Assembly (NCBI GenBank): GCA_001687465.1
Contig: LVLI01000604.1
Location: 1-52,798 of the forward strand
Reading direction: 5' to 3'
DNA: 52,798 nt
DNA from: Halocafeteria seosinensis
Taxonomy: Eukaryota
Shown here: in pieces, positions 1 through 13,242 of the stretch
How the letters are laid out: every line of letters begins with the position of its first letter
Position numbering within the stretch: position 1 is the first letter of the stretch
The notes under the pieces: model-generated
Told to the model about the DNA's origin: nothing
Databases searched by the model: none
The model's input: the letters and a program-made list of their open reading frames with translations, nothing else
Made by a program: the position numbers and the translations under genes

Positions 1-1450
1 CTCAAGAAACGCAGTTTTTCACAAATCTTGCCCTCTTAAAGGAAGGCCGCATGTTCCCGTCTTGAACTTGCTTTCTCGGTCAGTGCTCCTCCTGAAACAT
101 AGGGTATCGCATCTCTCGTACTGCCCGCACAGAGGTGTTCCCGTCAGTAGCTCAGAGGCATTTGTGCATCTCGCGATGTCTCGCTGAGATGATTACTGGA
201 GAGGTTTAAATCTCCCTGATTTCCTTTGATTACTTTGCGAACTTGTGGATAGCCTCGGGACCCGCCTTCTCGCTTGGGCTTGAAAAGGCAGTTATTGGAA
301 CAGTTCGAATGGAACAGCTTGGAATTCCAGAAAAGAAGAGCGCGCAACGTGTTCGTCCAAACCGTGGCGGAAGATGGGTTTATCCGTCGATACGCGTACC
401 ATATTCAGACACAAGTATATTCGGGCAATCTCGAGCGGTGACAAGTGGAAGGAGCTACTGTGCTCTTCCAATAAACCTGTGCGAACCTCCCAGCAGCAAT
501 GTTAGCGTCAACGCGCCGGGGGAAGCAGTATACGGTACGGCAAAGCGATTCCTCCTGTGGGCGAACCTGAACACCTACAGTACGTACAATTGTAAAGACA
601 GCAGCATAGACCGTGGAGAGCCGTTCCCCACTCACAGGCACCGTACATGAATTGGCGGTCGTATTCTACATTAACCCGGAGCTACTGGAAACAGGTGGCA
701 GCTACACCATTCCCCCAGCGCTAGTGTCCGGTCATTTTTCTTCTTCACACCTGATCAGTATGGAGTTTTGCCGCAACTTTTGCGGCCAATTGCGGAGGCC
801 TCAGGATCTCCGGTAGATGGTGCGTCACCCACCTCCTCCTGGTTGTGGTAGAACACCATCCAATGAGACCAGATCCGCTATCTTAACCAGAGCGGTTTAC
901 TTTGGTAGCCGTCAGTTTATACGATTTTCTTTCCAGTCCCTCTAGCCCGCTCCATCGGGTAATTACATGAAGCGGCGATTCTCCTGTCGCAAGGTGACAT
1001 TTTTACTGGTGTGCCTGAGGGAGGATTCGAAGAGCACTTTACAGATACCAACACATAGCATCCGAGCAGTGCAGCACCCGTATTCAGTACTTAAGTGGTT
1101 GAAGAGTTGAGAATTAGTCCTAGCAGCTTGCAACTTGCAGCGGGTGCCCGCACTAACGTATGTGTATTGAAACAAAGACCCAAAATGACGACGGCTGCAC
1201 TTAATGATAAGCGTAAGTAGTGATGATCTTACGCTCTTTTCTCCCTCTTTCTTTGTTTTCTACTCTGGTTTCACATTCTAAACAGTTTAGTCGTGAGTCA
1301 TACGCATTCGTTGCGGCAGCTCCCTGGCTAGTTGCGTAGGTTCTTAGCAACTAATGTAAAACTCACGGGGATAATTGCTTCAATGATACAGACATGTATC
1401 CTCGTTGATAGTTATACTGCGTTATTAATCCGAGTTCCCGCTGGCTTCTT

Positions 1451-3650
1451 TTATTGCTGAGGGAGAACTCTAAAATTCAGCGTGGTAGCCTTGGTCTGTT
1501 TCACAAGTTGATTGGCATGAGGGCATACTTTTGGAAATTGGGCGGGATGATATTTCAAGCAACACCCTGTTGCGCCAGCTGGTATCGCCGGAAATTGAGA
1601 ACTCGTCTTGGACTGGATAGCAACGTCAGTTCCGAACGCCGCGCCGGAAGATTCAGTCTTATCAGCGTGGTTTGGTTTTGCCACATGCCAAAGGTTTGTA
1701 CTTAGATTATTGCTTTCAACACATTTTGCATATGGTGTTCCGGCTGCATCCCAAGATTCCCTATGTGCTTCCCAATCAACGAAGTTGCTCACTGTCCAAT
1801 CTTTCAAGGGACCAAGGAGCTCCTTCACCTGCTGCATTTTAATGTTAACTGTGCTACTGATGAACTGAATGAACGGAATAACCTCATGCTGGAAACCATC
1901 TTTTGTTACTCTTCGAGGTACCCAGACACTGATAAACCGCGAACAATTCGGGGGAGGGCGACAAATGAGACGGGCTGCTGAGTTACTACGCACTGATATT
2001 GGCACTGATCCACACCTTGCATGAGGAACTCTTCGAGTGAGATGCGCCTCTGCGGAAAATGCTTTGGATGGTCTATGAAGCTCCTTCAGGGCATGCGCGG
2101 CCCGTTCATCTTCTTCTTGGCATGTCGAGTTTTCCTCGATACTGCCTAGCTCAGAACCTTCGATGAGAACTGGTCTATTGCTCAGTTCATGTTTGACACC
2201 CCGATTAAATGACGCCTGTGTGCCTGTCGTCCTATGAATAACCGGTTCTGGAAAGGATTGATTCTCTGTACTTAGGGGAAGAACCCGGGTAGTCTCATTT
2301 TCTCTGTGCTCTATAGCCGGTGGATACTTACCGATGACAAGAAGTTGCAAATCGCGAATATTGGTTCTAGCTGTGGTACAATAGCCTGCGGATTGCAAAG
2401 GCACACTGCCTCTATTTATTGGAGTAGAGAGCAAAGGCTGATCCTCATGCCAAAGCTGGAAACAGGTAACCATAACACCGTTGGTGACAAAAAATTATCA
2501 AGGTGATATAGCAATGTGACGATCGCATCTGCCATACCTGTACGCGATCTTTGTCCCAGCGAAGCATAAACGTAGTAGTTAAAGAGTCTCCCCGTTGAGC
2601 GCAGTGTCCAATCCTTTGAGTTATCTCGGACTCAGCGGTTCTTTCGTCACACACTGTGCTCAATCGCACCAAAAATTTGAAGGCCGTCAACGGTGCTAAT
2701 TCAATATCTATAAGAGGATAGACGTCGTAGATTACACCTCCAACAGTTTTTTTTGCAGCCGTGTAGCATACAGACTGCAATGGGCTGTAGAGACGGATAT
2801 GTTTCTTGTGATGTTCCCGAATTTCGTAGGAATCAGGCGAGGCGACAACGTCTCTTGTTGGAACATGTATCACACCATGTCGAACCTGCGCCCTTTGGTC
2901 TGGTTGTAGCTGCTGTGAGGGGACAGACTTCAAAGGAACTAACCGATCATGCGGGTCATTTCCGAATTTGTCTGCTCCTGGAGGTAAAACGTTGTTACAC
3001 AATATTCGATATAATTGTAGAAATCGACTTACAAATTGGCACATGCTCCTTTCCTGCTTGGTTTGGGACACTGCTCTTCAAATGCCCAAAAGAGTTCTGC
3101 CGGATGACACGCGAAGGAGCTGGATGCAACAGATCGCCAGATGAATACGTGCAAGTCTGTTTCTTACCCGGCTACGTTTTTCTTGGCGTTGCCGCTTGCG
3201 CACTTTGCCAGCGCACGAAGCACATCTTCTGCGTCATTCAAAATTCTTAGGCTCAATAAATATATCATCTGCAAGTAAGTCAGCATTGGTATACCTTCGC
3301 CATTTCCCGTCGTAGTAGAATACTCTGTGATTATGACCTTCGTAGATCTTTCTTCCTTTGCATCTGAATATTATCGAGCGGATTCAAAGTATTTGTAATC
3401 CGCCAACTCCATGCAAACTGCTTACTTTCGGCACATCCACTCCCCGTTGTTTTCAACCACGAATGAAGGTAACGTTTTCGGTGGGTCATCAAGCATCTCC
3501 GTAACTTCGGGATTAATCGAAAGCAACTTGGGTATCTCTTCAGAATCTTCCATATTATCTTCTGTTAGACTACGATTACTCGTTTGTTATTGAATAGAAC
3601 CGTTTGGAGATTCGCCTCCCTTCCACGTTGTAAGAGTTCTACGGCCCTGG
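1451..3650 (-). CDS. Hypothetical multi-exon protein; exon structure unresolved
   Basis: Minus-strand ORFs of 340 aa (1451-2473) and 208 aa (2445-3071), plus short open segments to ~3650 bounded by gtaag/gtat donors and pyrimidine-cag acceptors. No domain recognised and a fully consistent splice path could not be built. Confidence 0.35.
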
Positions 3651-5910
3651 GAGAGGAAAAAATAACATAGAGCCCCTGATACGTATTTCACTACATATAC
3701 ATTCGCTATAACGGAGTAATAAAGAGAACAGGCGCCATTCATGAGTATTCCATGCAAAGCAGAATCTTTGTCTCGGAACACTCGGCGTACCGTACCAGGG
3801 CGAGTTTTAGCCCATCGGTGCGTATAGGTGCGTACAATGCAAGCTACCCCACCTAACATCCTACCCCGAAAAAAGCGTGCTTGCGTCATGCGTACACTCT
3901 TTTCCTGCCCACGCATAGAGTGGCACAAGCTGCGCGCGACCACGCAAGGAAAAAACCTCCCCCACACGTTCCCGCGTTCAAACTTCTGGGGTACAAGCAG
4001 TACTTACTGGCGGCTGTGACGGTACCTGCTGTTTCAGGTAGCACTTCTGGCTCACTGGCGCGTAAAGTGGAATGGTGGTCTTCAATCCCAATGCCGTGAA
4101 ATGAGCGTCATGTGTTTCATGCTGTTGTACGACACGCAGTTGTTCTCAAGACAAGGTGTCCGTGAGTCAACCTTTCATCCCGGGATGCCGGTAAGAGAAT
4201 GCATACATATTATTATAACTGACTGGCACTCCTCTCATTTCAGCTTTCAAGCAGTAATCGAGTCATTTAAGTAGAGCCAACGAACTCTCGATGCGGTTAC
4301 TCAGGATGCTACAGGAGAAGCGCTGACTAGTCCTTAATGGGTCATCATCCGCTGGGATGGCCCAAGTCCGATTTCCAGCAAAGAGCGATAATTGGCTTGC
4401 GGGCGTCGGCATGTAGCTCATGGTAATGTTTACCAAAATCGCTTGCCATTGCATATGTAAGGAATTTCCAAGTGCTACGTGCTAGAATTCGGACCTAACC
4501 TCCAAAAAAGAGCCACGCAATCAGGGGGCATTCGCCTCGGGGACCACTGCCTGCTTTTTATTATCAATGTTTACTGTACTTACCTGCAGAAAAAAAAAAA
4601 AAACCCTACCAGCGATAGATGCACATGTACCCTTCGGGTAAAATGGAAGTCCATTAAGAAACATACGGGTAGCGATCGAACCATCGCTGAACTGCGATAC
4701 GGAAGTCGACTTGAAGAGAGTTGATAATAGCGAGACGCGGGCCTACTGTAGTACCATTCCTCATTCGATAAGGTGATCCTCCTTCAACTCGAACAGTAAC
4801 CGCCCTGTGCAACCGCTCCCCACATTGTCTACTCATGTTTCTGATTTCCATGGCCACATACCGGTTATTCCGTTTCGTTTGAACACTTCTCCATAGCACC
4901 AACCCATGCGGAAGATTTTTTTTCCCCTTTGTCCATTTTCTGACATCACAAGATCTTTTGGCTGCAAGTTCTCCGTAAGCAAGGTGGTGAGCGAATCATG
5001 AGATTAAAGATTACCTGACTGACTTCGTGCTTCCATTGAATCCACCCCTCGGTCTTGTTCTATACTTCTTTCGCTCCTGTTTACTTGGTCATATACATGT
5101 AATGATGCTAGACTTCGCGGAAAAGAAGACAGCCACGCACAACAAGCTACCGAGAAAAATAGATGGGGCTTCGTTGAAGCCTATATGCACCGACAAACAA
5201 TGCAATAGGCTTTATAGTTTGACGAAACACAAAAGTTGACCATGAAACGTATCCTTGTCGTTTTGAAGACTCTGTTACGAAACAGGTCTTGTCGTATTAT
5301 ATGTCTGCACAAATTTTATAGAAAGGGTCGTGAATTGCGTAAAATATAAAACACTGCGCTCTACTGACACAGTTGAATGGAGTTTTGTAACTGTGAAGCG
5401 CTGGAAAACGGGACATGATTCCAGGAGATTCGCTATGGTTGCGGTAGTGCGAGTCTTGATCCTTATCCGAGTGCCTGCTTCTTGGGAAATAACAAACACA
5501 TCTCGACATAAATACAGGGACATCAATAGATACATATCGCCAGGTACAGGTACGAGCATAGAGCAGCTGTTAGTCAGTGGTACAATAATCACTTACCGTA
5601 CCAAGTGGGATCCGCGGCCAGAGCTGGATTCCGGGAACTCCTGGAGGTGTACTGTATCTCCTACTCTTGTAATACGGAAACAGTGAATTTGCTTCCACTA
5701 ATTGTTATATCCCTTCCAACATTTATTCTTTGCTCCACTACCACGAGTAATTCGTATCGCAATTCCTCGCGCCCCGGGCTGCAAGCCCGGGCCAATTCAA
5801 ATCGGAAATATCAGAATCTCCAGTGTAAATTTCGAGGAATCGTAGAAAAAAGAATTCTACATTTTTCTTGATTAAGAAGTAAGCGAATACTTGTGACATC
5901 ACATAGCAGT

Positions 5911-6514
5911 ATGAGTTCCGATCAAGCAGTCTCTGTCTCCGGAATCGCCGAAGCTGCCGCCAAAGCAGCCTCCGAGAACGCAGATAATAAAGCACGAGGC
6001 AGTCCTTTTGTCAATCGACTGGAAGTAACGGATCCAAATGTCTTTGATCAATTCCGCGAAACTGCGGCGAATATTCTAAACGCTGAAAAAGGGAGCAAAG
6101 GAGCCGAAGACCGCATTTTTTGCCTATTTACGGGAGCCAAAGACCCCAGCACCGGCCAAAGTTGGTACGTTTATCAAACTTTCAAACCTTCCTACACTGA
6201 ATGGTAACAATTCCTTGGCCTGAAATAAAATGGAATGGTACGGATACAGGTGTCCCGATTGCGATAAAGCAAAGCCAGTGATTGAGGAAGCCTTGCGCAA
6301 AATTAACCACCCCATTGTGCTCCTGGAATGCCAGGTGAACCGAGACGAATACAAAAACAACCCGGAATACCCCTACCGCACACACCGCACTATCAAGTTA
6401 GAATCACTACCGACATTAATTCGGCTAGGCAGCTCTCGAGCAACCGCAAAACTGGGTGAAAGTGAATGTGCCGACCAGGATCTAGTGGAGGAAGTATTTG
6501 GTGTAGAAGATTAA
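5911..6514 (+). CDS. TXNDC17: Thioredoxin-related protein 14 / TXNDC17 (DUF953) family
   Basis: Removing GT-AG intron 6165-6249 joins FTGAKDPSTGQSW to CPDC, giving the WCPDC active site. C-terminal NPEYPYRTH..IKLESLPTLIR..KLGESEC matches the family. Confidence 0.9.
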
Positions 6515-6596
6515 CCAACATCAAGAGGCAAGGTAACCATAAACAGCTTATTTTGGTTAGGGTTTTAATTTTCTGTAACTTCTATTTATATATCTC

Positions 6597-8673
6597 TTAA
6601 GATTCATTGCCTCCCTCCGCTGCTTTGGCATCGTCAGTGCTAGCTGCCTGTTTGTTTTCGCTACCTTCTTCTTCTGTTTGAGTAGCATTTCCTTCATTCT
6701 GTTCATTGGACTGACTTTCATTAGCACCTTCTCCTGAATCTTCTCCACTCCCTTTATTCGTTTCTTCATTAGGCTGACTTTCAGCAGCGTCGTCTCCTGA
6801 AGGCTTTTCTTGTTCAGCGTTTTCTCCGCCTTCTGCTTCTCCCGTAGCTGCAGACCCTTCATTCGTGTCTTGCTTGGCAGAAGCTTCTTGCTCATCTTCA
6901 TTGCCAGTCGCTTCATTTGTATCAGCAGCCGTTGTTTCTTGCTCGCCTTCCTTGTCACCTGCCTCAGTCGACTCATTCTTATCTCCTTCGTTGCCTGTCG
7001 ATTCTCCCTGATTGACCTCGTGAGCTGTTGTGTCCTCTTGTGTCTCTTCGACAGTGGTCGACACATCGCCCGCTTCCTCCTTTATAGCCGTGCTTTCTTC
7101 GGGAGCCTGTTCGTTATCGCCGGTTTCCGTAGGCTGCTCATTCGATGCTTCGTTAGCTGAGGTATCGGCATTTGTGTCTTCTGTTTTATCCGGTTCTTGT
7201 GTTTCCTGCTTATCGGTGTCAGCACCGACAGCTACGGACGTATCCTCCGTATGGGATTCAGCCGTACCGCTATCTGGCTGCGGCTCTCCATCACTCTCTT
7301 GAGAACTTTTCTTAGGGTGTGAATCGCTTTTGTCGCCCTCGTCCTTGCTTGACCTGGCCGAAGACCGACGGTGTTTTTCTTCTGTGGAAGACTTTCTAGG
7401 AGCGGTCGCACTAGTTCGCCTCGTGGCTGTGCTCTTTCCTTTCGGTCTATCGTTGTCGCTAGAGGCATCATCTGAAGACTCTTCTTCCTCCATAGGAGCC
7501 GCTTGAAATGTTCCGCTAACCGCTCCAGCAGACTTAGCAATTTCGCAGCCTGAAAAAGATCCAATATAATGACCGTCTTTATTCATACGTCCTATAAGAT
7601 TGAAACTTGTTGTGACACCATTAGAGCTCTTCAGTTGCATTTGTGTGCTAACTTGTCCGTTCATTCGTTGAATAGAACCTGTAATTTTTCCATCCTTTCC
7701 AAATGGTGCCAAGTCTCTGCATACACCCCTAAAGTAGGCTTTTCCTTTCGGGTAAAGCTCTAAGACGGCCCGTCGATGTGAGCCGGGTTTCAGTGTCGTT
7801 TCTGGACGAGTCGATCGACGTGGTTTCTTCCCTCCTCTTGCTGCAGGAGCCGGACCACGGAATGCATCAGCCGGTGCTGCCTTAAGGGGAGGACCGACGT
7901 TGGGTGAATTTTTCATGTCCACCACATGGAATGTCAACGTTATCAGCCAGTTCCCAGAAAATTGAACATGGTTCAATGCCTCCACGGCCTCTTCCATGGA
8001 AATTTCCTGAATTCCGTGAGCGGCACGCGCTGCTTCATGTGGGCTCTCGGAAACAGTAGTTCCTTCTTCATGGGACGAGGTGGAAGTTTGTTTCTCCGAG
8101 ACTCGCAGATCCCCCATGCTCTCTTCCGTCTCCTCCTCTTTGTCGGCCTCATCCAAACCGCGCTCATGGGCAAAGCACCAGTCGCAAACACTGTACAACG
8201 AGTGGAAACATGCCAGTCAAGCCTCTATTACACTCTGCGGATAAATCTTACCGTTTCGGTTTGCCGCTTCGGGAGAGTTCCTCCATCAAAATTTGGTTAT
8301 TGCAGCAACTTCCACAGAAAATCCGGCCGCACATCTGGAGAGAATAAAAGAGACGGAACGATGTAAAAAGACCGAAAATGGGCCAGTATGGCGTCAGCTA
8401 CACACAATGGACCCAACCGGGCGACGTTGAACTTTGGCGCGGTAAAAAAAAAAAGTCAAGGCGATTTTGACGTACTCTGCAGTGGTGTTTGCGGACAGTA
8501 AAGCTGAATTTGGCTTCGCATTTGCGGCAGCAATGTACATCGCCGTCATTCTCCCAGAAGCCTGTCGCAGACTGCTTCTTGGACTTATACTTGCTCAACG
8601 GACCTGAGGGGCCAGATCCCCCACCCTTGGATCCCGTCTCCGGGGAGGATTTAGAGGCAGAAGCTTCAGCCAT
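6597..8673 (-). CDS. FYVE zinc-finger protein with long acidic low-complexity C-terminus
   Basis: Introns 8335-8475 and 8191-8251 assemble WEND..[26 protein letters not shown]...RVCDWC, i.e. the WxxD, R(R/K)HHCR and RVC FYVE motifs. Followed by a beta-rich segment and ~300 aa rich in E/D/S/T. Confidence 0.88.
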
Positions 8674-9453
8674 CTTTTTTGTTGTTTTCGTCAGTACGGG
8701 CGCGGTGGCCGGTCCGGGCGCTTTGGGCTTTGCTTGTCAATACCAACTCAATGACGAATGTGAGTGGCAAAAATCGTTGAACCGAAAGGCACAACGGGAT
8801 ATACATCAACAACCTCTTTGGAACATTGCGGTATGGCTCCAAACAACGTGTCCGACTTGGAGCGGACTTCCCCCGTGGCACCGTGCCATGGTGGGGGCCA
8901 CAGTGGCGCCACCCGAACTTCCGCGACAATTGCTCGTACTTCAACTTCATGTTGCCATCGCGTATACACTTACAACGATATTAGGATTTTTTTCTTCCGT
9001 ATGTGCTGGTTTATAATAGACAATGCTCCTAGTGCTGTCTTTTGATCGGGTGTATTATTTGCCATAGAAGAACATAAAGTGGTCGCATACGGACCTCACC
9101 TGACAGCATGTTGAAGTTCGAACTTCAACATGGAATGCAATGGATTATCCCGGCCATTCACAGTATATATACAAACCCAACGAGGATGGTTTTGACGTTG
9201 ACCACCTCTTATTTAGTGATTGGGTAGTGTGCTATGGCGTACAGGATCAAACAAACTAGTACCGATAGTTGATTGAACCGCAGCACTGTTTGTGAAGGTG
9301 AAAGACGGTATGGGCTTCTTACGATATTTACAGCCCATGAAAATGCATTGTAAACTGTCAAGTGTAGCGGAATGGAAGGAGGAATGAACCTATGGTACAG
9401 TCAAAGAGAAAGGAAGAAACTCATCTGTAGTAATTTGGAGGAAAATCCAATCA

Positions 9454-9830
9454 GTGGTCCGAGCACGTTCGGCACGCAAAGATGGTGAAGTACGTATCAC
9501 AAATTGCTACACCATAGGGGATATTCAGGGCGACCGAGCTGGAGGCGTTACAGGAGGAACAGGTACCGTACAAATTACTGCTACGTATTCATCGGGAACA
9601 CTCGAACCCAAAACCCTGGTGGGATCGCTGGAAGTACAGTAAGTGAAGTTACTGGTGCTATACACGTTAACCATTCGGTGTACAACAATACTGATAATCA
9701 TCACGATAATTCGGTGCTAGGTGGAGAGGTTACAGGGATGCTCTCTGTTTTACTTCACTGAAATAATCTCAGGCAATCTGGATGACATACGAGGTCAACT
9801 ACAACTGTATACCAGCACAACCATATCCGG
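9454..9830 (+). pseudogene. Frameshifted fragment of a GLUG-like repeat (surface/secreted) protein
   Basis: ITNCYTIGDIQGDRAGGVTG and ITATYSSG in one frame continue as TQNPGGIAGS in another frame. Stops and frameshifts present, no ATG-led full ORF. Confidence 0.45.
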
Positions 9831-10410
9831 CGGTGGGATAATGCTGCATGGGTTCTTAATGGTAGTCAGAAACCGCCGATTTTGTTTCCAACCATCCACT
9901 GCATTTGGCAACATCCAGTAGTCCAATACCTTCTAGCACCGCTGTTCCCGGGAGCCCTCGCCTTTTAGTCCCATCTGGCCATCTCGTGCTGCTCGGGCAG
10001 GGGCAGCAGCAATTGTACAACTATTGTGCTCGCTACATCGTACCACCTGGACAAGAATATTCGTTTTGACCCTTGAAGAGTTCTACCAGCACAGCGACCA
10101 AAGCGATAGGTAAAGAAGCGGAAAGAAAGAAATTCCAGCTTGTGAGGGAAAACGTTCGGAGGAAAATGAGTATCTTGTACGCAGTGGTACAATGACTATT
10201 CCATGTTACCGCAATGCCAACTTCTGGCCAGAGTAGAAGCGTGCCCTTCTCCGAAGTTTACTACCAATGGTAGGACCCTGGATCTGTAGTTCGGAGCACA
10301 CCAAGTGAAGCCGAGAAAAGCCGATAAGAATGAAGACTGCCCCCGAATACGTTCTCATGGATTTTTTTTTAACATGAAGACAGAAAAGCTAACAAACCAG
10401 AGTAGGATAT

Positions 10411-10665
10411 GTGACTGGCACTGCTGATGCTGACCTCCATTTAATCCCACTCGGAGAAAGCAGGATTGCAAATACCACTTGCAATGTTTGGGCATACATC
10501 AGATACAACGGAACGAACGATTTTGAAATCCGTTACGAGGAATTTGCGCCGGTCTCCAGAAGCGACTTAGATACTGTCGGTAGCCTCCAGGCAGAGGTTG
10601 ACCGAGTGCGTGACGAAGTCAGAGCGGCAAAAGAGATCCCGGAACTCATCGCAGCAATGGTGTAG
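10411..10665 (+). pseudogene. Gene fragment paralogous to the coiled-coil C-terminal region of the LRR gene at 47391-49809
   Basis: VSRSDLDTVGSLQAEVDRVRDEVRAAKEIPE versus VSRSELESLQAELDRVRGVARTAKEMAE; nucleotide similarity also visible (ttgaccgagt, gcaaaagagat). Confidence 0.45.
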
Positions 10666-10807
10666 ATGCCGAGGGGGATTCAGGGTTATAGAGCAGTCGA
10701 CTGTAAGCAGCCGCGAGACAGCACATGGCATGATAGCTACGCCGAACCATTTGGGAAGCTCAAGTCTTCTTCTTCTTCAGGAATGATAAATTTGATCCGG
10801 TATAGAT

Positions 10808-10849
10808 ACTTCCCGGTCGGTGGGCTATTTGTCACATTTGTGTGTGTGT
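10808..10849 (+). repeat. Dispersed repeat copy A, ending in (GT)n
   Basis: acttcccggtcggtgggctatttgtcacatttgtgtgtgtgt, near-identical to copies at 21217 and 47250. Confidence 0.8.
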
Positions 10850-11082
10850 ACTGGATGGGTTCGCGAACGCTGTTAAGCTCGGCAAGAAGCCGGGTCTGTA
10901 GTCAACCAAACTCCACACTCAAGAGGCAAAGAGAGCAAGTTACTTACTTCCTCGCTTTATATCAATGAAGGGAAATACAGTATCCAGTTCCATAGTTTCC
11001 CGGTACGTCATTGTCATCTCTTTCTCGGGGATACCTAAAACGGGTCATCAAGACGCACTCAAATTGCCGCTGCCTTAGGGTT

Positions 11083-13242
11083 CTAAGACTTTTCGCGACA
11101 ACAATTTCTTAGTGGATTCGATTGGAGTGACGGCTCAGGGGAGGAACTATCGGTTCTTTCCCTGTGCTTGCTCTTCTTACTCTGCTGGGTTTTCTCCTTG
11201 TGCTGCCTACTAAACAGATAAATTCCCAGGAAACTGGCAATAATCCATACTGCCACAAAGGCGACGACCGCAGCAAGAACCCACTCAGCAGCGTTTGCTA
11301 TGAGCAAGCCAGAAACTATAGCAACGATACTCAAGCTAGCCGTTCCTGCTCCGACCAGAATATGTAGGATTTCCCATACTCGTCGACAGGAACCACTATT
11401 TTTGTCAGCTCTCAAGAAGCCGTTCAATACCTGAAACACCGCCAGTGAGAAAACTATTGTTCCGAGCTTGGTATGAAAACTGTTGAATAACCACTCCTGT
11501 AAATCCGCTATCTGAGTAATAATACCGGCCAAGGTAAGAATAACCGCTGTTATCTGCAAGATGACATGAGCTTTGAGCCATGGGGCTACTGAACCTTCAT
11601 CTTGAGGCTCCCAATGTTTCATGAAAAGAGCAATCGACAAGCTCACTGGTACAAGCACTCCCCAAGCGGTAGTCATGAAGAATCCATGAACGATTGTGGC
11701 GGTGTCATCATCTCCGACCACACGAACGCTACCCTCGACAACGTTAACCTCAGCGCGTAGCCGTCCGTTCCCACGTTCATGCTGATTAACACCGCCACTG
11801 AACGGCCCGTTGGCAATCAACATAAATAGCTTGCCTTCACTACTTCGAATGATACTTGCTAGATTTCTCGTCTCGTCCGTGGTGGGACCGAGTGCGCGGA
11901 CTGCAGCCAATGTAGTCTTTCCGTTCGATCTGGTAAGACGTGCAGCTAATAGGCCTTGGGCGTTATTCTTTTTCACATCGTGATGGACAAGGGAATATTC
12001 AGCGACACCGTCACTGAGACCAGGAGCATCTTGGTTCCCGGAAGAAAAGTCTTGATCAGGCGCGCCAATTATTCCATCCGCTCCTCTCATTAAATCTTTG
12101 TCGTTAAAGGCTACCCCAATCCAACCTACGTCATCCGAATCGACTATAATTTTAACAGCAAAGTTGTCGTCCTCTGAGACACCGTCAGAGTTGCCCTCAG
12201 CGCTCATCGTAACTCCTGGGCGAACAATGCTCCAACTTAGCTCGATATTGTTTCCACTTCCGAATGTCAAGGACTTGGTGAACTGAAATTCTGACGGAAT
12301 TTCTATTGAAGCAGTATCAGTAACCGTAGGACTACTCGTCAAAGTCGCGGACGCAGCAGCTGGTGCACTACTAGAGGGAGATTGCGATCTCGTTGAAGGG
12401 GTAGTAGAACTTGAGAAAGGCGGTGTTGGGGTCACAGATGCGCTTACTGGAGTTGAGCTGACGGTGCTAGAAGTGGATGTAGACCTGGTAGGTGACGGAG
12501 TGACAGGGGATTTACTAGCTGTGGGAGAATGGGAGGGTGTAGCTCGAGCGGAAGGAGTGGCGCTTGGGGTTGTTGGGCAGTTTCCTCCCGGATTTGCCGG
12601 AAATAGTTGAACGGTGTGTCGCGTCCGCCCATCTGTGCGGGCATGCTGCTGCGGAGACCCACTGTAGTCTCCTTTCGCCATCAGTATGTAAATGTTTCCG
12701 CCGTTGTTTTTCAGCATGGAAGCAATGTTGTTCACTTCGTTGTTGGCTGCTCCCAATTCCCGCTTGAACGACATGGTAGTAGACTCGCCGGAACGCATGA
12801 TCTTTTTGCCCAGGAGGTCTTGATTGCTGTTTTTCTGAATATGATGATCAAGGAGCGAATACTGTGTAACACTGTTTTCCTCTGGTACTCCAATGACGCC
12901 GTCACTTCCCTGCATGATGTCGTCTTCGCTGAGCGCGAGACCTATCCATCCGAAGTTAACACCTTGAAATGTCACTTCCATGACCAACTCGTCATTTTCT
13001 GTCAAATCATTGACTCCGTTTGCGCACGTTCGAATCTCTTCTCCCTCGGGGTTCAAGATACTCCAACTGAGCATGGTATCAAAATCCTGGTTGTTGAAAG
13101 AGATATCTCGCGAGAACTGGTATGTTTCTGGAAAACTCTCTCCTGCTACCGGACGAAAGAGTTTAAATACCAATATCCAAAGGATGAGGCGGATCGTCCA
13201 AAATGGTACGTGCAATCCACGTATCTTGTGAGTTAGGTTCAT
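11083..13242 (-). CDS. DOMON x2 + cytochrome b561 protein (CYBDOM / ferric-chelate reductase-like)
   Basis: Signal peptide; two DOMON domains (GWIGxA...MxGxDGxIG...QH) separated by a S/T/P linker; C-terminal TM domain with four His (HGFFM, HVILQ, HTKLG, HILVG). Intronless. Confidence 0.9.
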   Translation of the reverse strand: MNLTHKIRGLHVPFWTIRLILWILVFKLFRPVAGESFPETYQFSRDISFNNQDFDTMLSWSILNPEGEEIRTCANGVNDLTENDELVMEVTFQGVNFGWIGLALSEDDIMQGSDGVIGVPEENSVTQYSLLDHHIQKNSNQDLLGKKIMRSGESTTMSFKRELGAANNEVNNIASMLKNNGGNIYILMAKGDYSGSPQQHARTDGRTRHTVQLFPANPGGNCPTTPSATPSARATPSHSPTASKSPVTPSPTRSTSTSSTVSSTPVSASVTPTPPFSSSTTPSTRSQSPSSSAPAAASATLTSSPTVTDTASIEIPSEFQFTKSLTFGSGNNIELSWSIVRPGVTMSAEGNSDGVSEDDNFAVKIIVDSDDVGWIGVAFNDKDLMRGADGIIGAPDQDFSSGNQDAPGLSDGVAEYSLVHHDVKKNNAQGLLAARLTRSNGKTTLAAVRALGPTTDETRNLASIIRSSEGKLFMLIANGPFSGGVNQHERGNGRLRAEVNVVEGSVRVVGDDDTATIVHGFFMTTAWGVLVPVSLSIALFMKHWEPQDEGSVAPWLKAHVILQITAVILTLAGIITQIADLQEWLFNSFHTKLGTIVFSLAVFQVLNGFLRADKNSGSCRRVWEILHILVGAGTASLSIVAIVSGLLIANAAEWVLAAVVAFVAVWIIASFLGIYLFSRQHKEKTQQSKKSKHRERTDSSSPEPSLQSNPLRNCCREKS

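Noticed and set aside
1..1400. Short ORFs on both strands
   Set aside because: No recognisable domain or consistent exon chain.
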